Assembly (NCBI GenBank): GCA_002811645.1
Contig: PDIP01000108.1
Coordinates: forward strand, 31,746-95,745
Direction of reading: 5' to 3'
Origin: Corallochytrium limacisporum Hawaii
Lineage: Eukaryota > Protista > Pluriformea
DNA: 64,000 bases
This document shows, in pieces, positions 22,981 to 35,578 of the stretch; the stretch's first letter is position 1, and each line of letters starts with the position of its first letter. The notes below the pieces were generated by a model that did no database searches, was not told where the DNA came from, and worked only from the letters and a program-made list of their open reading frames with translations. The position numbers and the translations under genes were made by a program.

Positions 22981-25228
22981 GCATGCTCACCTACAGTCAT
23001 CATCCAATCATCATCAATTTCATAATACATTTTTCATATTCCTCGAACGTAGAGCATCGTAGTTATCATTTGATTAGTCTGTGTTTGCCACTTGCTACTG
23101 CTACCATCAATTGTGGCATTAATCGCCATGGAACCACCATGCGCTAGCGCTTCCTACGGTGCATCGACAGGTAGAAGCCCCTAAGAAAGGTCAATAATGA
23201 AACCATGGTATTTGATTCTCCGCTTCTGATTGGACGCACCACTTTCTGTACCACAGAACCAATACTAGTACGCATGTAAGGTGCGCCATCTCTTGACTGG
23301 GGATTCGTTGCACACATGCGTACAAACCCGTGGAAGCTTCAGAATCATGGTGAGAGCATCCAACGAACATCCTACCAACCTCCACCGCACCGCATTCGCG
23401 GTTACCTGAGACTGGCGGGGCGACCACAGACTACGCAGTGCGCATGCATGCTCATCGCATGCTTCAATTCGAAAAAGGTTTGAGGTAGGATCCGTGACAT
23501 CCCCAAAAGTGCCTCACTCGTCACGATCCTATTCTCCTAATGATGCTCCGGCTTCCGGCTTCCTGATCAGGCATGCCGACAATTGTGTGACACCCAACTG
23601 TTCATCTCCTCGCATTCCTTTTCGAGCAAACTACTCTTCGTGTCCACGAGCGTTCCATGGTGTCCTTTTTGCCGTGCGCATCTGCCTATTCGCTGTCTGC
23701 ATGTCGCTGCGGATGATCACTGCGCTGTGAGATGAGATCCGCTCTTGTCTCCCTGAGACCCGCCTTTTTGGGTGCACGGGCATTCTTCCCGTTAACAGTC
23801 CCTTGCGCACGGGGCCTGATTTCAACCCTCTGATTGGTCGACTCCCCAAAGTATGCCAACCCTCCCACAACCCTCCTCAATTCCTTCATTTTCCCATACT
23901 CCCACTATGGGAAAATGTGACGACAAGGGAATTGAAAAAAAAAAATATCGCCACGCTAGAGTCGCACAATGCCGCACTCCCCTCCCAACCTTGGGCTGTT
24001 TAACATGCAACACAGACCAGTCCACGGCAGAGTACTGCGACGGGCCCAGGAACCTCTCTGCGCAATTGGTGTGCGTGTGTCGCACTGTGTACCACACGGG
24101 TCGATGGCAAGGTTTGACTGCGCCGCCAGGGGACAGATCATGCTGGCAAACCAAGGAAGAACAAAGAAAGAAACGAAATGGTGGGACACAGAGAGAACAG
24201 AAGAGCCCAAAAGGTTGTATACGTACACACACGCATTCGCGAATGCTGAGGAACGCGATCCATATCAGCCCGAAGATCTCAACGCGCTTCTTCTCTCGAT
24301 TGGAGCGAAATGGATATTGTACGGAGGAGAACTGGCAGGAGATTTGCCTTCTGGTTCGAACTGTGAGGATTTGTTGACTTTATGAGGGTCGTTCGGTCGT
24401 GTGCACATCGAGGAAGTCCGTGCATTCGCCCTGATTAGATGGCCCTTCCAATAGCCTACGTATGGATATTATGCATCTATCACAGATGGTGAGGGATTGG
24501 CTAAATCTATATGAGCACGCAAGCCTGTCTAGGGTCGGGACGGCTCAGACACACGAACGCTCCCGGTTCCCCTTCTTTTACAGCCAGGCACGTAATCTTC
24601 GGTCCCCCTCGCCCTGGTATGTTCACTATGAAAACTGTCGAACAAAGTCCCAGGTACGGTTGACCAACAACAACAAAAAAAAGACAAAAGGACAGTCCGC
24701 GACGAAGAGAGGTCAGAGAGCAGAGCCCCTTTGGATCTCAAGAAAAGTGGAGAGCGGGGGCAGTAATCGATGCTTACGTGCAAACCCCTCCCCCCCCTGT
24801 GCGCGACCTCAGTCTTGTCCTGCCCCACTTCTCCATGGTGAGAGTACGCGGATAAGACGTGTCGTTTTCGACATAGATCCGTTTCTCCTCGCAGATATCC
24901 ATTAGTCAGCGGAAAGTAGCGTCAAAGAAACCAACCCTGGGTAGCCTGGTCTTGACTTTTGTAGACGTAAACATCCAACGCAAGCAACGGGGGACCCAAC
25001 AGAGGCAAAAAGAAATGTGGAAAATTACGTGAGAGAGAGAGCGCGCACGCCGAAGAGAGGACGTCAGGCCCCATTTGCTTTTTGGGCAATCGGAGGAAGC
25101 TTCCCCTTTTGCTTCCTTTCCTCGTCTTCCTCCCCGAGACACTGGCGCGCTTGACACCACAAACGTCGAAGCAATTGGCTGCGTTCTTTGAGGAGATGCG
25201 GATCTCTGTCGCTTTGAAGTAAACACAA

Positions 25229-25351
25229 ACACACACACACACACACACACATGCCCCCAATCCCAACAAACCCCGTTGAAGATTTCTGGCGCGAACGGAG
25301 GGCAACATATCACCTCACTCACTCACTCTCTCTCTCTCTCTCTCGCTCTCT
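25229..25351. repeat. (CA)n and (CT)n microsatellites
   Basis: Direct reading. Confidence 0.85.
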
Positions 25352-28300
25352 GACTTTCTCCCCCTCCCCCTTCTTCCCCCGGGAGAGTTTGGTTCTGCGC
25401 AAGGGGGCCCCACCACCGGCAAGGATGGAGTAACACTCAAATGAAATCAATGAAAAGGGGCCCGGCACGATAAACAAAACTTGCAAAAAAAAACAAAAAA
25501 AAAAGAGAAGAAAACCAAAACAAAAAAATAAATAACAAAAACCGGACACAAGTGGATAAAAAGGTTGGTTATGAGAGTGGTGAGGAGGCGCGGTGCCCAC
25601 CACCACCACCCCCCCTCCCCCTTCCTCCTCCCCAAAGTCATCGTTGTTTCCCCTACCTTTACTTGCACTCGATCTCCTCCTCCAAGCTTGTCACCACAGA
25701 GACGAAGGGGTAAGCATACCAGAGAGAGCCCGCGGTCGGAAGGGGGAATCTGGAAAACCCCGTGGGTGTGTGGTTGCACGCATTCTCGTGTTACAATCGT
25801 GTCATATCTACCACGTTCTGACGGTAAGATTTTTTCATAGGTAATATACTCAGTTTCTCTCTCAGGGACTGGTACACCTGGACAGTTCCGTGCAGCCCCG
25901 TTGTCTTGTTTACGCGCAAGCCCGTTTTCGTTTGCTCTCTCCACCTCCCACTTTTGCCGGAAGTGTCCGATGATCGGCCAGATTTTTTTCTAGAGAAACA
26001 TACCCAAGAAAATGCAAAGGATTTGGGAGATTACATCCGTTTTGGGGGACTACCCCAGAACGAACCCCAGCATGGCGAGCAAGGGTGCTACCGATAGACT
26101 AGGGAAGTGGGAGACGGGAGCCAATGGCCCCTGGAGGAAGGGGACGGGGGGACACCATCCTTGAACTACAACAGTATCTCGTGGTAAACCGCCGGCTTCC
26201 CCCGGTAGCAAAATGCGTGGTCAGGTTTAACAGAGGGGAGGAGGTGGGGGGGGGAGGCCCCGCGTTTAAATTACTATGACCTCTCCAAATACTCAAACAT
26301 TCTGAGCCAAGACAACAAAAGCAAGGAAAAAAAAAAAAGGAAAAAAGAAACAACGAAAGGAGAGAATGTCGGGTTATTCGCCAGAGAGTGCCTCTTGGGG
26401 GTTAACACCCTGCGTGATCGTTCAACACATACTCAGAAGACCCAAAAACAGGCTGAACACAGTGTGCCAGTGCACAATGTATGACGAGCACGTCATTGTA
26501 TCGTAACGAACAGTGAACCGCACAAGTGTTGCATACAATCCTTTCAACGGTATTTCTTCAAGAAAGAACAGAGGAATCCGGAAGTTCAAAGTATTGCCAA
26601 CGTACAGGTATTGGCCGCAAGGGGGTTTACACTGCCATATCTTCAACTGTATTCTCATCAGAATTTCGTAGCGGGAGCAAGAATAGAAGGCACAAAGGAA
26701 CTGAGCGATCGGAATGACTGACTAATTTGGGGGGTACAAGCAAATGATCAAACGGAGCAGACTGTTCGTCAGTCTCCATCACGTAGAAACCAAATGGGCG
26801 CAATTTCGCTACTACCGGGGCAGCGAGCTGACCCCTGGCCCCTGCGTGTATACATGCGCACAGTTTACAAACTGGGAGACGAAAAAAAGAGGAGGAGGAG
26901 GAGGAGGGCAATGAACAACATACGAAACTGAAAGCCATTGAAAGAATAATCAAACCATATTATGAAAACAATGTCGATCTCTCTCAGGCGAGAGTATCTG
27001 GATGACCTTGTTGTTGCGTGCCAACTGGAAATGAGCAGCGGAAACAAAAGCATAGGGGGGACATCGCTTTGCTTGTTGCCATTCGCTCGTGCCCGGTAGC
27101 CGGGCCAATGTTTTCCTTCATACGCTTATGGTGTACCGATGACCAAGGCTTCCACGATGTTCCGTTGTTCGCTGATGACAATCCATGGAAGGTCTATACT
27201 GAATGTACGTGTTACCCGTAAAGGTGACAGCTACACGGCTCGCTTCACAAAGACAGTACCACGCTTGCGGCCTGGCCGGGATAGAAACCCCCTGGAGCTT
27301 TCCTTGTAACACACTTGGCGATTTGCGCAAGCCAAAATGTATCCAAACCAAGGAAACGGATCCTGCCGTGGTCTGTGTTCCCTGCCTTCAGAACCGTATC
27401 ACACGGTTACCGTTAGACACAATTTCTCTACCACTTGCACCCGATCGCGAGAACGGGCAGTGGAGCCAAATCGGGACAGGTTTGCTCCCCTCTTTCGAAT
27501 TGTTTTGCCTTCCCGTCATTGCGAACTTTCTTTTCATTTGGCTCGGCCCGCGGGTAAGGCCTGATCGTAGTGTTTTCCAATTTTTTTCTTTATGGCAAGA
27601 TACTTTTTTTTCGCTTGCTCCATCGCCTTTATATAAACACATGTCCCGAGGACACACACACTAGCACACGACCCCCATCACCGCGCTTGTCGAGCACGGT
27701 TGATTCGGCATTGAACCGTTCGTTTGTGTGTGGGCTGCTGTAAGTCCAGTGTGCGTGTGTGTGTTTCTAATTTTTTCTCTCGCTTTGGCCCGGTTTGGCC
27801 TTTAAAGTGATGAATTTGGCCTACGCAGCTGAAAATTTGTGCCTGGGAAGTCACGGTCCGCACCTCATACTAATTGAATAGGGGGCCGGCTTCTTCCTTT
27901 ATGATACAAGCGCGAGGTCGTCTGTTTTTGTGCACGTTCAATTGCTTTTTTTTTGGTGCTTGTTGGTCGATGGAACTTGTCCAACCCCCCCCCCCCGGGG
28001 GAATGGTGGCGAATAGCCTGCTCTTCTGGTGCATTTGAAAGGCGACCACATGGGTTGAGATAGGGGGAGGGGGGCGATGCGTGATGTCAGCCCAGCTATA
28101 CTTGTCCGATTTTTCTGTTGAATTTTCGTTTTCTGTCCACAAGGAAAAAAGAACTGGCAGATTGAACAATAGAAAGAGTATATACCGTCCCTACAGTAAA
28201 ACAACTTGGCCGCAGGAACCGAGGAGAGCCGCGAGTGGAAAGAGATGGCGACAGATGATGGCATCGCTGAACCGTGCCAACTGCACTTTCATAGTTTGGT

Positions 28301-30445
28301 TTTGTTTATATCGACCGGTGTGATCGTTCTGACTCGTTTCGCTCCCGTACCATCACCATCAGCGACCGGTCTCTATGACCAATTTGGCCACGGTGGAAGC
28401 ACCCGACCAGCACGCCAACGCGAGGAAATCACCAATGGCTTGATGTACTGCATCATCCATTCTCCAGCTCCAACTCTTCAGTACGTTATATATGCACGGC
28501 CCGGTGAGCAAAACACCACCGAAGACGAGGGACCGCCAAGCAATAACAATGGGTCGGAGAGAGAAGCACCTATATCACAACTTGTCTGAAAAACCGATTA
28601 GTCGCCTCGTTCTTTTGTTTTGGTCCACGCGACCGGGTTCATACAGGACACCCCCCCCCCGGTGCAAGGTGTTAATGGGGAGAAAACTTCATACTTTCAC
28701 TATCTAATACGGTCACGGGACAGACGGGGACCTGGGCTGATCGGCAAATGGCAACAACGCTTCCGAGCGAGAGAAGAGCACCCGAGACCATAAATGGCGC
28801 ACACTGAAGGCAAGGAGAAAAAGAAAAGAAAAAGCAAAAGAAAGGTTGAAAAATACAGGAATCGCGGCATGGAAGGGGGAAGCGAAGGGAAGCCATGGGG
28901 GATCGCTCGAATCGCGGTCGCGGCCCTGGGCTCCCCGGGCCACCGCGAGACGGAGGCAGCCAACCAGCGAAAGCACAAAGTCGCGAACACACTTTCGCGC
29001 GGCCGGTGTCACGACTAAGCAGGGTGGCAATATTTCACCCATCGTCACCTTTTCAGGGTATAATGTACGATCAAAAAAATAGTAGGAACGCACTTTGGCA
29101 GGCTTCTCAGATCTCTTGCGCATCAAAGACATAAAAAGCGGTCTGGAGACTAACGGTCGCGCCAGAAAGGCCGACGAAGTGCGCTGCGGAAGCGATGAGA
29201 AAAAAAAGGAAAAGAGCGAGCGAGAGAGGCAGCGAGAGAGCGAGAGAACGAGAAGTTTGCCGGCCACAAATTAACAAAGAAAACAATACAAAACGGCCCC
29301 CTTTTACCCACACCACAGAGACGAGACGAGGAGGGAGGGTGGGCTAATGAATGAGAGGACGGAGAGAAAGGGGACAGAGAGAGAGGGCGGCGGGCCCGGT
29401 TCTGTTCTCCTGAAAAGAAAAAGAGAAAAATTTATTCATTCATTTCGAAAATTGCGCTCATGACTTCCGACAACGAAGGTAAGAATGCACAGAATGTTAA
29501 TTCTTTGCCGCCAATTCTCGGTACATTATCCATCAATATCTGCCCTTAGGAGTCACCCCCCCCCCTCACTCCCTAGGTGAAAACCCGGGAGGCAAATGGT
29601 GTTTGGTGCAGGGATTATAAGAAAGAAGAAGAAGAAGAAAATTACGGAAAACAGGAGTTCGCGTGACCGTAAAAGAATTGATAAACAATAGGCTGCGGAG
29701 ACTTCTTCTCTTCTTCCCCCCCCCCCCCTCTCTCTCTTCGGTTTCTTCTTCTGTTTCTTTCTCACTCTCTCGTTCTCTCTTTGTCTGTTTTTAGTCAGTT
29801 CCTTCTGAATTTCATTTTTTGTGGGATACGCACTCCTGCGGGGGTGGGCCGAGCGGAGTGGAAAAGGACCACTTCAGTACTGAATGACCGGTGCGAGAAA
29901 CCAGCGGAGGTACAAATGCTCGCCCCCGTGTTCGTAACGGAGCCCCGAAAGGCAAGGGGAATGGAAGGAGAGAAGAGGAAAGAAAAGGGGGAGGAGGAGG
30001 GGGAAAGGTGGTGGGTTCTTCCCCCCTCCCCCTTCTCCCCGGCCCTTGGTGGGTGGCTTCCGTGCTCGGAAAGTAATCGTTTGCACACGTACAGATCAGT
30101 GGGTAGGCTGATGATGATGAGAGTTTCGGACCGTTTTACGGGTGCTTCGTTACTGGCAGACGAATAGAGTCTGCGTTCTGTGGGAATTCGTACTCCGCGC
30201 AGCAATGGATCCACCTGTACGAAACAGGTATTGGTATTTATTTGCTGCAGCTAGAGTGCAAGTGTGAGTTGGTCATTATCGATCATTATTGTTCACTTTA
30301 CGCGAGAACTATTCCGCGAACACAGATACTCCCCGCAGTTCCTGCTCTACAAGGGGAAATAGCTCAACTTAGCACGGTACTTAAGGCGACCGCATAACAC
30401 AATATCAAAACTTAACACATACTCACAGAAAAGTTGCGGGTCAAC

Positions 30446-30736
30446 ATGAACTGTGAAAGTAATAGCGAAGGAAGCTCCGGCCCTATTCGTCGGGTCTCCA
30501 TTCAGAGTGAGACTCAGGTCTGCGACACATTCTCTTCTGACGAGTACGACCGCACAGCTCTGGTCAAGCGGTATCGCATGCTTGACCTCATGCATATTGC
30601 GGACGAGCTTAAACAGTACAAGTCAGACGAGATGGAAGTCCATCCCGATTCTGCCTGCCACACTCACCACATTGACGTAAAGAAACAAATCCAGAAGATT
30701 ATGGGATCATCCGTACGGAGTACACAAGCCTTTTAA
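30446..30736 (+). CDS. Small Phactr/Bni4/neurabin-type protein phosphatase 1-binding protein (96 aa)
   Basis: RRVSI...VCDTFSSDEYDR...ELKQYKSDEMEVHPDS resembles the C-terminal PP1-binding domain of Phactr (ELNEFKSTEMEVHE) and the TYS.EDYDR motif of neurabin/Bni4; AACATG start. Confidence 0.8.
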   Translation: MNCESNSEGSSGPIRRVSIQSETQVCDTFSSDEYDRTALVKRYRMLDLMHIADELKQYKSDEMEVHPDSACHTHHIDVKKQIQKIMGSSVRSTQAF

Positions 30737-31031
30737 TGGCGTGCATACACACATCAAGCACTATTCCAAACTTTCTGCACACAACCACACGGGAAAAGAA
30801 AGGACATGAAACTTGTCCAAGACACATATCATCCATAGAGTACAATAATAAAACCTTGTACATAATGAAACAGCCGTTTGGGTCACCAACATGACCCTCA
30901 CCGGCACATATTGAAAGCACAGCAGAACTTTTTTTTTTTAAGTCAATTTTTTTCATCTACCTATAGTAGTGGGCACATGACACATGCAGAAGTCTCGGCT
31001 TAAACCTCAGTCGGACCCAGAGCGAACAAGC

Positions 31032-32441
31032 TCATGCATCAGGATACCTCAAAGCGTCCAGATCCTCTTGTAAAGCGTCTGGAGCGAGCAGGAGCTCCAT
31101 GAGCTGCGGAGGCAGGCTAGTGATGCCCAAGGCCGGCAGTAGGGCACGTAGCTTGAACTCTTCCTTATCAAATATTCCCAGATGGCTCGCGTCGTCGACA
31201 TTGATCAGCTCGAAGCTGGCAAGATGGCCATAGATCTGCTCGCAGGCACCGGTACTACCATCCGTCAGCGTTCCATCACCGTCGGTATACAGGTGTTTCG
31301 TGACCGTCGTGCTGTTAGAACTCAAATCGGTGGAATTATAGACGCTGCCATAAACAGTTTTGATGCCGCCACCGGTCACACAGCGCACAGGGATGGAAAC
31401 ATTGGTATGGTCGGTCTGGAGGGCGGAGCTGTCCTTCCTGATTCGGTCGAAGGCCTTGAGGTACTCCGAAGCGCCAGACAGCTTAATCAGTTCCCGGATG
31501 TCGTCGTCACTGGCAGTGAAATTGCGGTCTGGTGTCTGCACAATCGGTGTGTCACCGTAGCCGAGAGTTGACGGCAGCATAAACAAGTTCGCCTCGAAGC
31601 TGCGCTGGAGGTTTCGAATTGATCCCTTCGGTGCCCACGGGAGGTCCCATCCGATGCCGGACAAGAACAGGGTCTCTTCGACACCTGTACCAGCAAATGG
31701 TCCTGCCACAGGCATCCAGACTTTGATGTACTTTTTCTGCCACTCAGGTTCCATGGCCTCCAGGAAGGCGGCAGTGTACAAACAGCCGTACGAGTGGCTA
31801 ATTAGCACAACCGGGGCGCCCTGGTCCTCGACCACGTCTTCAATCAGTACCTGGGTGTCACGGAAGAAGCGATCGTGCGGTGCCCTACGGAAGTCGAAAG
31901 TGGCAGCCTTGATGGTGACGTCCCATTCGTATCCGAGTTTGCTCAAGGCATTTAGGATCGTCTTGTATGCATTGGTCTGCCTGGGCAACCATTTGATTAT
32001 ACTCACAATGGATGATGTGTAGCCAAAGTCAGGCACACGGATTGCAACGCCCTCCGCGTTTTCGAACTCACCAGTGGTGGGTTCGTAGACCATTTCCATG
32101 TAGCTGAACAGACAGTCAATCTTCTTGGGAAGAAGCTGTAAGGGGTCAACCCAGATGTCGAACCAGTCAGAGTCAGTCTTGCACTTGTCGTTTGGAACTT
32201 TGTTGTGACCATTGAGCTTGGCCTGCAACCGGCTCCCCATAAACCCTGGCACGAGGACCACAGGGTTCAACGTGCGACCTGCATCGAAATGAATGCCCTC
32301 AGTCGATTGCTGACCGTGGTTGACCACATCCGGTCGGTCGACTACGGCACCATAGCTCTGGTGCAGCTCAACTTTACCATGTACGGATCCTGCTACTCCA
32401 ATCCACAGCACCAATGCCGACAACACACTTGGTGCCACCAT
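31032..32441 (-). CDS. LCAT / lysosomal phospholipase A2 (group XV) family lipase
   Basis: Hydrophobic signal peptide, PVVLVPGFMGSRLQA, FDFRRAP, nucleophile elbow SHSYG, DGDGT, catalytic His in ASHLGI. Confidence 0.9.
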   Translation of the reverse strand: MVAPSVLSALVLWIGVAGSVHGKVELHQSYGAVVDRPDVVNHGQQSTEGIHFDAGRTLNPVVLVPGFMGSRLQAKLNGHNKVPNDKCKTDSDWFDIWVDPLQLLPKKIDCLFSYMEMVYEPTTGEFENAEGVAIRVPDFGYTSSIVSIIKWLPRQTNAYKTILNALSKLGYEWDVTIKAATFDFRRAPHDRFFRDTQVLIEDVVEDQGAPVVLISHSYGCLYTAAFLEAMEPEWQKKYIKVWMPVAGPFAGTGVEETLFLSGIGWDLPWAPKGSIRNLQRSFEANLFMLPSTLGYGDTPIVQTPDRNFTASDDDIRELIKLSGASEYLKAFDRIRKDSSALQTDHTNVSIPVRCVTGGGIKTVYGSVYNSTDLSSNSTTVTKHLYTDGDGTLTDGSTGACEQIYGHLASFELINVDDASHLGIFDKEEFKLRALLPALGITSLPPQLMELLLAPDALQEDLDALRYPDA

Positions 32442-32877
32442 TATATATATCCTGTGTCTGATTCGATCCCGCTGGCTGGTGATGCTACCGTGTAGGCATA
32501 GTATGTTGCAACAATCCCTTCGAGATGACGTGTAGGTCCCATTCGATGCGGTGCCTTTAGTACGTCTAAAATCACCCTTAGCATTCTTCCCCTATCACCA
32601 CAAACCAATACAATACATCTATGTCATTTTCGATGCGGAACAAGAGACAGGTATGCGATAAGGCCAGAGCTCACTGAGAGTACAAAATCCCCGGAACCCC
32701 ATTACCCACAGCACAGCGCATTAGCGCATCCCACCGCTTCCCCTTGGATCCCCTGCCCCAAGAATGGGAAAACCCCCCCCCTGCGAAAAAAACTCTTAAC
32801 CTACCAAATCCAGACGAGAACGGGTGGGTCGCGCGCAGTTGGGAACCAGCGGGGCCAAAAGGACGAGAGGGGTAGGG

Positions 32878-32895
32878 GTGCGTGCGTGTGTGTGC

Positions 32896-32926
<31 letters not shown>
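32878..32926. repeat. (GT)n/(GCGT)n microsatellite
   Basis: Direct reading. Confidence 0.9.
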
Positions 32927-34999
32927 AAAAGGGGAAGTATGAAAATAAGGACCAGGAGGGGCAGCTGAAAAAGGGGTAGGAGTGTGAGGCGGGGGGAAGA
33001 GGAGGCGGGGAGGTTGGAGAACCCCGGCTCGTCCTGCATGAGCGGTCGGAAGGGGTCCCTGAAGACATCGGTCAGGTTATGTACACATCTGTCCTCGCAC
33101 CCCTCGTTCTTGGCATTCGTGTGTGGGTAAAGCTTTTAACAAATGTACTACTGGCTGGCAGTGTTTGTGTTTTTGATTGTTTTTCTGGCCTTTAAAGTTT
33201 CTTTTACCTTTGGCGTGAGGAGATGGTGCCTGATGGGTACCCGTGCTCTTGTCGAACATGATGAACTTACGCACAGTACGCCTTTATCCTCCTCTCTGTG
33301 GAGTACATTGGCACTCTGGCACTGGGCCTGTGACAGGGGAGGGGGGAAGTAAGGGGGAGGCCAGACCAGGCTGGCGGGAGGCTACGCGGGAAGAGTGCCG
33401 AGCGAGCGCACAAAAGATAGAGAACGTGTCATTTTCTTTTTTGGAGGTCGACACGTATCCCCCGTTATCAATCGTGTGCACTGGCTTGGTGGTGGTTAAC
33501 ATGGGTTGAAAATAAGTATCGGAGAACAGAGATGGCAATAGTGTACGAATGAGGAGATGTGGTACCAGGAAGGGACCCACAGGGTTCTCACTTTGCGATC
33601 CCCAGTCCCTCGGCGGACAGGCAGCGTCCGCCCCCAAGCAGAGCAGCGGCGGCTCCCAAGGCAAGGAAAGAAAAAATTCCTTCTGCCTCGTAGGCCTCGT
33701 CCTTCATTATGAAATCCTCCATATTCTTACTATCTAAATCGCGGACAGTTTGCAATGTGAACGCACGCCCCCCCCCCTACTTAGTCCCTCCTTCTTCGTT
33801 CCTGCCGCCCTTTGTTCCGTAGAAAACGGGTGCCCGGTGAAGAGGACACGGGCCCGAGCCAAGGCAGTTGGACGCAAGGTCCGAAGCCCGTGAACGCCTT
33901 CCCTGAGATCCTGTAGTTTGTTCGGGTGTACGGTGTCGAGTGCGGCACAAAATGTCCACCAAGGCTTCGTCACAGGGCGCTTGAACGACTTCATGTCCAT
34001 GCGCGGGTTTTGGGTCTGGTTCGTCTTTCACTGGAGATCTTCGTCTGGATTGTCCCGTGCCGCGTTCGTCTGATCGTGCTCCGTTCTGGTTGGTGCCTTG
34101 CATGTCCAAGAAGCGTGCCAAACTCCAAGGCATGGCATAGTCGCGCTCCTCCTACTCAATCGTTGCAGGCTGGGTCGTTCCCTAAGTGCGTAATTTGCAA
34201 GGGAGTGGCAATTCAGGAGCCACAGAAACGCGGACGATCTGCGGCCGCGGCTGCGCTGTTCAAAAGAGCATGTATCCACTGGTGTCCAATTGGAGGTGAT
34301 TCTCCCCTTCTGCATGATTTCTTCCAAAGGTTGAGGCCACTGACGTGGCGGGGCAACCCCGGACACCAATACCGCTCTCGGTTCCCATATGTAATCCGTT
34401 GTCACGTTGGGACGGATGCGCTCGTCGACTGCAAGCACTTCGAGTCATCGTCCCATTTTCGCATCACTGTGATGGAAATGTTGATGATGGTGGATGGCCA
34501 CTGGTATCCGCAGTAGGATGCTTCCTGGGTGCATACCTGTGATTGAATCGTGGACAACGATGACCACGTAATCCAAAGAAACTGCCTTAGGTTAGGTGTC
34601 TCAGTTAGTCCGAGCGGGGTCACCGGACCGTCAGCGGCTCAGTTCCGCTCAATGGCTTAGCGTGTCCCCGCTGGCCAGTGTTTGGGAAACTCCAGTGGGG
34701 TAGGGATGGGTCTGGCCAGGCGAGGAGGGGGGAGGGTGGTGAGTTAGGGGGGGTGGTTGGGCTGCACGCTGGGCAAGGAAGGGAATCGAGGGCACCGCCA
34801 GCAAGCTGGGTAATTTATCTTGAATTGGTATTTCGATGTAGTGATTACTGAAAATTTTCTTGAACCTGACGTCGCAGGTTTTCGAATTCGTTCTGAGAAC
34901 AATGGGCACACCATAGTTGACCTGACACAGCCATGCCTTGCTGGAAATGAAAACAGAACGGAGACGGTAGCTTGTCACAGGGAGCGCATATTCACTGAG

Positions 35000-35578
35000 A
35001 TGTCAGATCATAGCACAAGCACGTCGCAGCCGCACTCTGGTACGGAATTGACAACGCTAGCCACCACTGCTGCGGACATTGTAAGCAGGGATTCTTCGTC
35101 GGGACGACCAAAGAAGGTTCCAGCAAGTACTGACGAATTCGACAATGTCCTCTTCATTGACTCGACGATCCATGCCAAAAGTCAGAAGGAAGGCATTGAA
35201 CACGGGCGCGAGGAAGGCATGAAGGAAGGTTACAGTAAAGGATTGGAAAGTGGTAGAAACGTGGGCTTTGAGGTTGGACTCTACGCAGGCTGCGCAGAGA
35301 TGGCGCTGCGCAAACTCGAAGCCAACGGTGGCGTGAGCACCAGCAGAGAGGCCCGTAAGAAGGCGGCACTTATGCGCCTGCGGGATCTGGCCCACAGCGT
35401 GCAACAGCGTACTGGTGACGACCCGAACCTGACGACCGATCTTGAGCACTGTCGGAGCAAGTACCGTCAAGTTAGTTCGATGATGGGCTGGAAGCCCATC
35501 ATCGAACACGTGGGTCCGAGCAGCCCTGGCACGGCCGTGGCGACGGCCAGCGACGCAAACACCTCGCTGGATTTTTAG
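35000..35578 (+). CDS. LTO1: LTO1/ORAOV1, deca-GX3 adaptor for Fe-S maturation of ABCE1/Rli1
   Basis: FDNVL, GxxxG run EGIEHGREEGMKEGYSKGLESGRNVGFEVGLYAG, RSKYRQVSSMM, C-terminal LDF; first ATG at 35000. Confidence 0.82.
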   Translation: MSDHSTSTSQPHSGTELTTLATTAADIVSRDSSSGRPKKVPASTDEFDNVLFIDSTIHAKSQKEGIEHGREEGMKEGYSKGLESGRNVGFEVGLYAGCAEMALRKLEANGGVSTSREARKKAALMRLRDLAHSVQQRTGDDPNLTTDLEHCRSKYRQVSSMMGWKPIIEHVGPSSPGTAVATASDANTSLDF

